DNA from: a virus
Virus record (IMG/VR): IMGVR_UViG_3300005805_009577
Coordinates: 117,146-181,145 of that record
Length of the DNA stretch: 64,000 nucleotides
Direction: 5' to 3' (one strand)
The translations under genes were made by a program, and so were the position numbers. The notes beneath the pieces are model-generated. The model did no database searches. It was given only the letters and a program-made list of their open reading frames with translations, and had not been told where the DNA came from. This document shows positions 19,363 to 25,291 of this stretch, piece after piece (the stretch's first letter is position 1; every line of letters starts with the position of its first letter).

Positions 19363-19707
19363 TTAAAAGTTTTTTGGGGTACGGTGTATTGACCAATTTT
19401 TATTAAACAAAAAAAGAAAAATTAATCCAGTGATTAAAAACAAGGTCGAATTAGGTTCAGGTACTGGCGTGGGTACCGGTTCTGGTTCTGGTGTTCTTAA
19501 TATCATTGCTAAAAAATACATGCTTTGATCGCTGGCTACAACAGAAGTATCAGCAGTATAATTAAAACTTTCGCCAAGAAGTTCTAAAAAATGATCTACG
19601 TTATACTCAGAATATAAATCAAAAGGATCGCTATACCAATGATAGCCGTTAATATATGATCCTGATGCGTAGCCTATATTAAGCAAATCTATTTCGGCAG
19701 TTTCCAT
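19363..19707 (-). CDS. PEP-CTERM-like protein
   Basis: C-terminal PEPEPVPTPVPEPNSTLFLITGLIFLFLFNK = VPEP + TM helix + basic tail; ATG 19707 with GGAG upstream, start uncertain. Confidence 0.6.
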   Translation of the reverse strand: METAEIDLLNIGYASGSYINGYHWYSDPFDLYSEYNVDHFLELLGESFNYTADTSVVASDQSMYFLAMILRTPEPEPVPTPVPEPNSTLFLITGLIFLFLFNKNWSIHRTPKNF

Positions 19708-19831
19708 AGCCCACTCCAATAATATTATACAAAAAAATAAATTAATTAAAAGATAGAAATAAAGCCTCCTTTTTGGGGTACGTTTTGGGGTTGTGGTTCG
19801 ATTGGTTCTAATAAACAGGAGACTGGTTAAA

Positions 19832-20059
19832 ATGCGAGTTGATGCTGCTACTTTCGTCGATGCTTGGGTCAGTGCTTTCGAAGCCGGTGGCAATCAGAGT
19901 GACGTTGCCCGTACGCTTGGTTGTAGTGCTGCTAACGTGTCGAATCGTGCTAAGAAGTTGCGTGATGCGGGAGTTGATCTTCCCGAACTTACCGTGACTC
20001 GTGGTGTTAAGCTTGACATTGAGTCGCTTAACGCTCGGCTTAAGGCTCGGATTGGTTGA
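19832..20059 (+). CDS. HTH DNA-binding protein, paralog 2
   Basis: MRVDAATFVDAW...SAANVSNRAKKLRDAGVDLPEL; AGGAG RBS; motif at 19775. Confidence 0.85.
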   Translation: MRVDAATFVDAWVSAFEAGGNQSDVARTLGCSAANVSNRAKKLRDAGVDLPELTVTRGVKLDIESLNARLKARIG

Positions 20060-20077
20060 AATTAATATAGGGAATAA

Positions 20078-20117
20078 TTAACCCCTGGGTTTTCCGCAAG
20101 GAGAACCTGGGGGTTAA
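20078..20117 (+). terminator. GCAA-loop hairpin after HTH paralog 2
   Basis: 18-bp stem with three G-U pairs; near copy of 14891 hairpin. Confidence 0.6.
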
Positions 20118-20149
20118 CCCTTAATATTAAAAATACTTTTTGGGGTACG

Positions 20150-20219
20150 GAGGCCGTGTGCGGCCGGTTAAGGGGATCGTCAAGGGTGACCCGTGCGGCC
20201 GATATACCCCTTGACTTTT
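20150..20219 (+). ncRNA. candidate small RNA directly after motif 20142
   Basis: No ORF; GTCAAGGG/CCCTTGAC stem followed by TTTT; internal direct repeat GTGCGGCCG. Confidence 0.35.
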
Positions 20220-20284
20220 AATATAACTTAATTAATCAAAAATAATATGATTTAATAAAATAATCAAAACTCAAGGATGGAGCA

Positions 20285-20647
20285 ATGATTAGTTTACCAA
20301 AGTTTGCAAGGAGGGGAATTTTGTTATATTTACAAATTGCGGCGGCTGTTGTTAGTCTTTTGCTTGGGCTTGCCCAAATGACAAAAGAATCACAACCATT
20401 AATTCAAAAGATGCAACAAAACCATCAACAGGCCGTTGCACAAAAACAAACAGAAAAAGCATGTCGCAAAGCATGTGAAATTGCAAACATGCAGATAGCA
20501 TGGCAGTTTAGGGGGTACGATAGCAATTGGAGATATTATAGCGATCCTAGTGGAAGGTTTTGGGCTAGAGTTAATATTCAAGGCATATATGAGTATTGTG
20601 AAAGCCCGAATTATCAAATTGCAAATAACCCTATAACAATTCGTTAA
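20285..20647 (+). CDS. membrane-anchored or secreted hypothetical protein
   Basis: N-terminal RRGILLYLQIAAAVVSLLLGLA hydrophobic segment; GGAG RBS. Confidence 0.65.
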   Translation: MISLPKFARRGILLYLQIAAAVVSLLLGLAQMTKESQPLIQKMQQNHQQAVAQKQTEKACRKACEIANMQIAWQFRGYDSNWRYYSDPSGRFWARVNIQGIYEYCESPNYQIANNPITIR

Positions 20648-20648
20648 A

Positions 20649-20837
20649 ATGAAAACTAAAAGCGAATATACAGTTCAATTTGATGAACATACGTTAAATC
20701 CCGAAGGACATTATTATATCCTTAAGGACGGCGAAACTTTAATGCTTCCAAAAAGCGATGGAAGCAAGTTACTTCCTACCTTTCCAACTAGAGCGGAAGC
20801 AGAAGAGTATATTCAATTAGTCAAAATACTAAGTTAA
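20649..20837 (+). CDS. hypothetical protein
   Basis: 62 aa, 1-nt gap from previous stop. Confidence 0.6.
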   Translation: MKTKSEYTVQFDEHTLNPEGHYYILKDGETLMLPKSDGSKLLPTFPTRAEAEEYIQLVKILS

Positions 20838-20838
20838 A

Positions 20839-21090
20839 ATGACCATTGCTGAAATTATATACCAACTGAGCAAGTTTGACCCGAACACTAGGGTTGTTGT
20901 TGATGGTTACGAGGGAGGTTTCGATGATCCTAGAATCGTTGAAGAAACTGCCATCATTGACGCTAACTGGACTGTTGTTGATAAAGGGCGTGGAACCGAA
21001 GGCAAACGGCATAATTGGAATGGCCGTCATGATTACGGTACTTGTTACACTGAATGTCATAATACTAAAGTAATTCTTATAGGAAGATAA
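20839..21090 (+). CDS. hypothetical phage protein
   Basis: MTIAEIIYQLSKFDPNTRVVVDGYEGG, a pattern frequent in small phage ORFs. Confidence 0.65.
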   Translation: MTIAEIIYQLSKFDPNTRVVVDGYEGGFDDPRIVEETAIIDANWTVVDKGRGTEGKRHNWNGRHDYGTCYTECHNTKVILIGR

Positions 21091-21198
21091 ATCAAGAATC
21101 ATGCTGGTTTAAATAAAGAATCCTTTTCGGGGTACGGTATTGAGTTGCGGCTGGTTAAGAGACTCTTGACTCCCGCTAATTTTTAATTATAATAAGAA

Positions 21199-21279
21199 GA
21201 TATTCAGTTATGACCACGTAACGGAGGGTACGTTAGAAGTTAAGGACTATGGGCCTTACACGAACTCCTACTGAATATC
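21199..21279 (+). ncRNA. candidate structured RNA downstream of motif 21129
   Basis: Perfect 10-bp closing stem GATATTCAGT/ACTGAATATC, inner GGAG/CTCC and TAAGG/CCTTA stems; no ORF. Confidence 0.4.
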
Positions 21280-21313
21280 CTGCAATACAAAGTTAATAAA
21301 ACGCCACCGCCAA

Positions 21314-21352
21314 CACTCCGAAAGCACTAACCAACAGTTGCGATTAGGGGTG
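21314..21352 (+). repeat. structured repeat, copy 1 (CACYCC-GAAA-GCA...TGC-GAYTA-GGGGTG)
   Basis: Second copy at 21710-21747; outer ACGCC/GGCGT stem 21301-21360. Confidence 0.6.
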
Positions 21353-21462
21353 ACAGGCGTAAAAAAATAATAAATTAAATTAACCAGTATCATTAAAAAG
21401 TCTTTTGGGAGTACGTCCTAAGGTTGTGGTGGTTACGACCCGCGAAACCGGAGCATAAAACA

Positions 21463-21687
21463 ATGCAACTTACATTCGAAGAAAAGACCCTGAAGTATCT
21501 TGATGGCGTGAACATCAACATTGACCTTGGAACTTTCATTGACGAATATATGAAGGCTTACAAGGCCGGTCAGACTAAGGCTGAACTTGGCGAGACGCTT
21601 GGCATCAATCATATTGAAGTTGCGATTATTGTTGACAAGATGGCTAGTTTCGGTGTGAAACTTCCCCAACTTCGGATTCAGATTTAG
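21463..21687 (+). CDS. HTH paralog, divergent (B)
   Basis: GTFIDEYMKAYKAGQTKAELGETLG...FGVKLPQL aligns with the family; GGAG RBS; motif variant at 21408. Confidence 0.65.
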   Translation: MQLTFEEKTLKYLDGVNINIDLGTFIDEYMKAYKAGQTKAELGETLGINHIEVAIIVDKMASFGVKLPQLRIQI

Positions 21688-21709
21688 TTTAACAAAACCC
21701 CAACGCCAA

Positions 21710-21747
21710 CACCCCGAAAGCACTAAGTTACAGTGCGACTAGGGGTG
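21710..21747 (+). repeat. structured repeat, copy 2
   Basis: CACCCC-GAAA-GCACT-loop-AGTGC-GACTA-GGGGTG. Confidence 0.6.
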
Positions 21748-21779
21748 GAAAACACTTGTGAAAGGGTTTGTGAAGCAAA

Positions 21780-21989
21780 ATGAATCAAACCTATAGCATT
21801 CGTATCATTTTCGATGGAAGCAAATATGATACTACGCTTATCTCAGGGTTTACTTATAAGCAAGCATTCGAATATGCTCGTAAGTGTGTAACAAAAGAGA
21901 TTAATTATCTCTTGTTCTCTGGTCGGAATGTGAACATATACGTTGAAAATGATTTGGGAAAAAGGCTTGCAACTTACTACGTATATTAA
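21780..21989 (+). CDS. hypothetical protein flanked by TTGTGAA pairs
   Basis: 69-aa ORF. Confidence 0.6.
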   Translation: MNQTYSIRIIFDGSKYDTTLISGFTYKQAFEYARKCVTKEINYLLFSGRNVNIYVENDLGKRLATYYVY

Positions 21990-22021
21990 ACTTTTTGTGA
22001 AAACATTTGTGAAGAGTCAGT

Positions 22022-22118
22022 AAAAACACTAAAAAAAGCCTAAAAAACACTAAAAAAAGCCTAAAAAAGCTTAAAAAAAGCCAAAAATAAGCTAAAAAAC
22101 AAGCCAAAAAATGAAAAA
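22022..22118. repeat. phased A-tract array
   Basis: A5-7 tracts start at 22022,22031,22042,22052,22063,22073,22083,22094,22106,22114. Confidence 0.8.
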
Positions 22119-22292
22119 TATACTCAATATACTTGCTATTTTAAGTACATTAACACTCAATGGAAGTGAATTTGGATGTACTCTTTGGGCAAATTTAACA
22201 TTGTTTAGGTTCTAATTGAAAGTTAACCGCACCTTTTAGCGGTACGGTAACTGGGTGTGACGGTTGGAACTAACCCCTAGGAGAAGGTTAAC

Positions 22293-22520
22293 ATGCGAGT
22301 TGATGCCAACACTTTCATCGACACTTGGTGCGACGTTTACGACAACGGTGGAAATCAAAGTGACGTTGCAAGGCGTTTAGGTTGCAGTGCGGCTAACGTA
22401 AGTAATCGTGCAAAGAAACTGCGTGATGCCGGAGTTGATTTGCCTGAATTGACAGTTACTCGTGGTGTGAAACTTGATATTGAAAGTCTAAACGCAAGGC
22501 TGCGTGAACGAATCGGTTAA
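22293..22520 (+). CDS. HTH DNA-binding protein, paralog 3
   Basis: MRVDANTFIDTW...identical HTH core; AGGAG RBS; motif variant at 22239. Confidence 0.85.
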   Translation: MRVDANTFIDTWCDVYDNGGNQSDVARRLGCSAANVSNRAKKLRDAGVDLPELTVTRGVKLDIESLNARLRERIG

Positions 22521-22535
22521 ATAAATATACCGAAA

Positions 22536-22565
22536 GTTATACCCGGAGTAAAATCCGGGTATAAC
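22536..22565 (+). terminator. GTTATACCC-type hairpin
   Basis: Perfect 12-bp stem GTTATACCCGGA/TCCGGGTATAAC; identical to 23407. Confidence 0.65.
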
Positions 22566-22697
22566 CGTTTATATTAAAAATCCTTTTAGAGGTACGGCAG
22601 GATAGAACAAGTTTGTGAACTTACTTGTGAAGGTTAAAACAAACTTGTGAAACCTTTTCGGAGTACGGCTACGGGTTAACCCCGGAGAAATATACCA

Positions 22698-22886
22698 ATG
22701 AGCCAGCGAGTTAAAGAGCAAATGAAACGTGATGCTGAAATTCACGCTAACGGCCGGTTTACTCCACGAGATAGAGAAGATGTTAATCGTATTGTGGAGA
22801 TACTTGTGAACCGGCAATTTGCCGTTAGGGTATCATCAGAAGTTGAAACCCAAGTAAACGAAACGATCAAAGAAATAATTAATTGA
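22698..22886 (+). CDS. hypothetical protein of the regulon
   Basis: 62 aa, GGAGA RBS, motif variant at 22660. Confidence 0.7.
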   Translation: MSQRVKEQMKRDAEIHANGRFTPRDREDVNRIVEILVNRQFAVRVSSEVETQVNETIKEIIN

Positions 22887-22893
22887 GAGAAAA

Positions 22894-22923
22894 GATTATA
22901 CCTAGGTTAAACTGGGTATAATC
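22894..22923 (+). terminator. GTTATACCC-type hairpin
   Basis: GATTATACCTAG/CTGGGTATAATC, one G-U pair. Confidence 0.65.
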
Positions 22924-22953
22924 GTTATAATTACAAATTGTTTTTGGGGTACG

Positions 22954-23085
22954 GCAAAAGGTTGCTAAGCCGCCTATGAATAGCACTCGTTAGGTAGTTC
23001 GGATGGGCGACAACTAACGATAAAAGCGGATAGTTATATTACTTGTTTCTCCGTGAGTAATATAATGAAATATAACGGAGACTAT
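22954..23085 (+). ncRNA. candidate small RNA with hairpin and H-type pseudoknot
   Basis: TCGTTAG/CTAACGA stem; 10-bp stem 23034-43/23056-65 whose loop TCTCCGT pairs with ACGGAGA 23075-81; no ORF between motifs 22946 and 23111. Confidence 0.45.
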
Positions 23086-23158
23086 ATTTTAAAAATTAAA
23101 AGTTAATTTTGGGGTACGGTAACTGGGTGTGATCGGTTAACCCTTGGAGATAACAATC

Positions 23159-23389
23159 ATGGCACGAGTTGACGCTGGCAATTTCATCGAAGTGTGGTGC
23201 GACGTTTACGACAACGGTGGAAATCAAAGTGACGTTGCCCGTAAACTGGGTTGCAGTGCGGCTAACGTAAGTAATCGTGCAAAGAAACTGCGTGATGCCG
23301 GAGTTGATTTGCCTGAATTGACAGTTACTCGTGGCGTTAAACTTGACATTGAAAGTTTGAATGCCCGGCTGCGTGAACGAATCGGTTGA
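23159..23389 (+). CDS. HTH DNA-binding protein, paralog 4
   Basis: MARVDAGNFIEVW...; GGAGA RBS; motif at 23111. Confidence 0.85.
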   Translation: MARVDAGNFIEVWCDVYDNGGNQSDVARKLGCSAANVSNRAKKLRDAGVDLPELTVTRGVKLDIESLNARLRERIG

Positions 23390-23406
23390 AAAAAGTGTGA
23401 ACGCGA

Positions 23407-23436
23407 GTTATACCCGGAGTAAAATCCGGGTATAAC
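23407..23436 (+). terminator. GTTATACCC-type hairpin
   Basis: Perfect 12-bp stem. Confidence 0.65.
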
Positions 23437-23570
23437 CGTTTATATTAAAAAACCTTTTAGGGGTACGGCTATAGGTTGACAATTTGATTGGTAATAAAGT
23501 ATAATTAAAAAAAAGATTACTATTGGCTTTTAGGGGTACGGTAGGTTGACGTCTCACAGGAGAAAACGAA

Positions 23571-23639
23571 ATGTATAGGTATTACGTTGATTGCCTTGGT
23601 CGAGTTTACGATATACAGACGGGATTAAGAATCAAGTAA
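23571..23639 (+). CDS. 22-aa micro-peptide
   Basis: MYRYYVDCLGRVYDIQTGLRIK; AGGAG RBS; motif at 23533. Confidence 0.55.
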   Translation: MYRYYVDCLGRVYDIQTGLRIK

Positions 23640-23722
23640 AGTAGGCAAAACTTTTTTGCCGACGACAGTTGTCTTTTTGGGGTACGTTGAGACGGTGGGT
23701 TCAGTCGTCCAGGAGAAACATC

Positions 23723-23797
23723 GTGCGAAATGCAGATAAGGCGATTTTGGCGGTTTCATTCATCATGGGCATTATCGTCGCTATTATAATCGCCTAA
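23723..23797 (+). CDS. 24-aa hydrophobic micro-peptide (GTG start)
   Basis: MRNADKAILAVSFIMGIIVAIIIA; AGGAG RBS; motif at 23679; hairpin follows. Confidence 0.6.
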   Translation: MRNADKAILAVSFIMGIIVAIIIA

Positions 23798-23802
23798 AAG
23801 AA

Positions 23803-23833
23803 GTTATACCCTAGGATAAGCCTAGGGTATAAC
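23803..23833 (+). terminator. GTTATACCC-type hairpin
   Basis: Perfect 13-bp stem. Confidence 0.65.
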
Positions 23834-23913
23834 CGTTGATACTACGAAACCTTTTTTGGGTACGTTATCGGGGTGTCGCCGGTTGAGAGCGACAAACTAA
23901 CGGAGAAAAAGAA

Positions 23914-24144
23914 ATGGCACGGGTTGACGCTGGTAGTTTCGTCGATGCTTGGATGGATGCTTATGACAAGGGTGGCAATCAGAGCGACGTTGCTCGTACG
24001 CTTGGTTGCTCTGCCGCGAACGTTTCGAACCGTGCTAAGAAACTTCGGGAAGCCGGGGTTGACCTGCCTGAACTTCAGGTTGTGCGGGGCGTCAAGTTGG
24101 ATATTGAAAGCCTGAACGCTCGTCTTAAGGCGAGGATCGGCTGA
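23914..24144 (+). CDS. HTH DNA-binding protein, paralog 5
   Basis: MARVDAGSFVDAW...; GGAGA RBS; motif variant at 23857. Confidence 0.85.
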   Translation: MARVDAGSFVDAWMDAYDKGGNQSDVARTLGCSAANVSNRAKKLREAGVDLPELQVVRGVKLDIESLNARLKARIG

Positions 24145-24152
24145 TAACAAAA

Positions 24153-24182
24153 GTTATACCCGGGGTAAAACCCGGGTATAAC
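24153..24182 (+). terminator. GTTATACCC-type hairpin
   Basis: Perfect 12-bp stem. Confidence 0.65.
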
Positions 24183-24223
24183 CCTTTACACACATATACC
24201 TTTTTGGGGTACGGCAAGAGGGC

Positions 24224-24307
24224 ATGGATACTATCATCGCTATTACGTTTGCTTTCGTCGGTGCCGGGTTTATAGGCAAGTATCTTTGGAACGAAATGGA
24301 ATATTAA
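24224..24307 (+). CDS. 27-aa hydrophobic micro-peptide
   Basis: MDTIIAITFAFVGAGFIGKYLWNEMEY; GAGGG RBS; ATG 11 nt after motif 24206. Confidence 0.6.
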   Translation: MDTIIAITFAFVGAGFIGKYLWNEMEY

Positions 24308-24377
24308 ACGAACGGCTACAGCCGCCAAGGCGATGCCGGTCTTTTCGGGGTACGGCGGACATGAGGAGGGCAAAGCG

Positions 24378-24500
24378 ATGCCTCTAGTAAGTGCAATCGT
24401 CTTCTTATTAATCCGTAGCGTATCTGCTAGGCTATATCGGATTAGCCAGGTTCGTTCTGAACCGGTTTATCCAGTTCTTATCGGAGCAAAAGGAAGGTAG
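24378..24500 (+). CDS. 40-aa micro-peptide
   Basis: MPLVSAIVFLLIRSVSARLY...; GAGGAGG RBS; motif at 24347. Confidence 0.5.
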   Translation: MPLVSAIVFLLIRSVSARLYRISQVRSEPVYPVLIGAKGR

Positions 24501-24504
24501 ACCC

Positions 24505-24612
24505 ATGACTATAGATGAAGCAATGGCATTTAGTTTCGTTCGTTATGGCATTATGTCTTACGAAGAATTCCTAGTATGGCTAGCAAAACAGCAGATAGTA
24601 AAGGCTAGCTAG
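24505..24612 (+). CDS. 35-aa micro-peptide
   Basis: MTIDEAMAFSFVRYGIMSYEEFLVWLAKQQIVKAS; GGAAGG RBS; hairpin follows the stop. Confidence 0.55.
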   Translation: MTIDEAMAFSFVRYGIMSYEEFLVWLAKQQIVKAS

Positions 24613-24615
24613 GTA

Positions 24616-24648
24616 GATTACACCCTAGAGAAAATCTAGGGTGTAATC
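24616..24648 (+). terminator. GTTATACCC-type hairpin variant
   Basis: Perfect 14-bp stem GATTACACCCTAGA/TCTAGGGTGTAATC; substitutions are compensatory relative to other copies. Confidence 0.65.
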
Positions 24649-24709
24649 CTAACAATCCCCTGAGCTTTTTGGGGTACGTTACAGGGTTGTCTCAAGGAGG
24701 ATGACAACA

Positions 24710-24874
24710 ATGGAAACAGCAGTTAGCATCGCGGTTATGATGGGAGTTGGATTTGCGGCTGCCCTTGCACAAGTTATTTCGGACATGATGGAAGAAAAGG
24801 CCATTGTCCGAAACAACGAAGACAAGGCTAGGATCATCATGGAAGAATACGAAGAATATACGGAGGGGGTATAA
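24710..24874 (+). CDS. 54-aa single-TM peptide with acidic tail
   Basis: METAVSIAVMMGVGFAAALAQVIS...EEYEEYTEGV; AAGGAGG RBS; motif at 24671. Confidence 0.65.
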   Translation: METAVSIAVMMGVGFAAALAQVISDMMEEKAIVRNNEDKARIIMEEYEEYTEGV

Positions 24875-24952
24875 CATACCCTTATCTGACCTAGAACCTT
24901 TTTGGGGTACGTTACAACATCGTGGTCGATAACACTAACTGGAGAAAAAGAA

Positions 24953-25183
24953 ATGGCACGAGTTGACGCTGCTAACTTCGTCGATGCTTGGATGAACGCG
25001 TATGAGAACGGTGGCAATCAGAGTGACGTTGCCCGTGACCTTGGTTGTAGTGCTGCGAACGTCAGCAACCGGGCTAAGAAACTTCGGGATGCCGGGGTTG
25101 ACCTGCCTGAACTGACCGTCACGCGGGGCGTCAAGTTGGATATTGAAAGCCTGAACGCTCGACTGAAGGCTAGGATCGGTTGA
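24953..25183 (+). CDS. HTH DNA-binding protein, paralog 6
   Basis: MARVDAANFVDAW...; GGAGA RBS; motif at 24904. Confidence 0.85.
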   Translation: MARVDAANFVDAWMNAYENGGNQSDVARDLGCSAANVSNRAKKLRDAGVDLPELTVTRGVKLDIESLNARLKARIG

Positions 25184-25189
25184 ACCTAA

Positions 25190-25219
25190 GTTATACCCTA
25201 GGGAAACCTAGGGTATAAC
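25190..25219 (+). terminator. GTTATACCC-type hairpin, GAAA loop
   Basis: Perfect 13-bp stem. Confidence 0.65.
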
Positions 25220-25291
25220 CCTTTACATGCATATACCTTTTCGGGGTACGGCAAGGGTATGTGGATCGGTTAACCCTAGGAGAAAAGAATC

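Larger units (their letters stand above)
21756..22651 (+). repeat. TTGTGAA direct-repeat pairs with 12-bp period
   Basis: Pairs at 21756/21768, 21995/22007, 22613/22625, extra copy at 22645; all intergenic. Confidence 0.65.
14563..25250 (+). promoter_or_regulatory. array of 24 co-oriented TTTTnGGGGTACG putative phage promoters
   Basis: Exact GGGGTACG at 14568,16496,17874,18987,19376,19775,20142,21129,22946,23111,23460,23533,23679,24206,24347,24671,24904,25243. One-mismatch copies at 14965,21408,22239,22589,22660,23857. Almost all are intergenic and followed by RBS/ORF; none seen on the - strand. Confidence 0.85.

Noticed and set aside
19708-19893. Long 176-aa version of the PEP-CTERM ORF
   Set aside because: Its 5' part overlaps HTH paralog 2 and motif 19775 on the opposite strand; shorter start preferred.
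21901-22107. 68-aa - strand Phe/Leu-repeat ORF
   Set aside because: Artefact of the phased A-tract array.
23842-25017. ORFs 23842..24150(-), 23873..24115(+), 24125..24373(-), 24679..25017(-), 24692..24877(-)
   Set aside because: Shadows or alternate frames of GC-richer cassette genes that have clear RBS and motif support.
14641-25183. HTH copies as DGR template/variable repeats or retron parts
   Set aside because: Differences are mostly synonymous and not adenine-specific; no reverse transcriptase in the window.
22536-25219. Recurring ~30-bp palindromes as a CRISPR array
   Set aside because: Intervals are 300-600 bp and contain promoters and genes; repeats differ in sequence; no cas genes in the window.
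22536-25219. Hairpins as integron attC sites
   Set aside because: Too short (30-33 bp versus about 57-141), GTT...AAC order is opposite to RYYYAAC...GTTRRRY, no extrahelical bases, no integrase seen.
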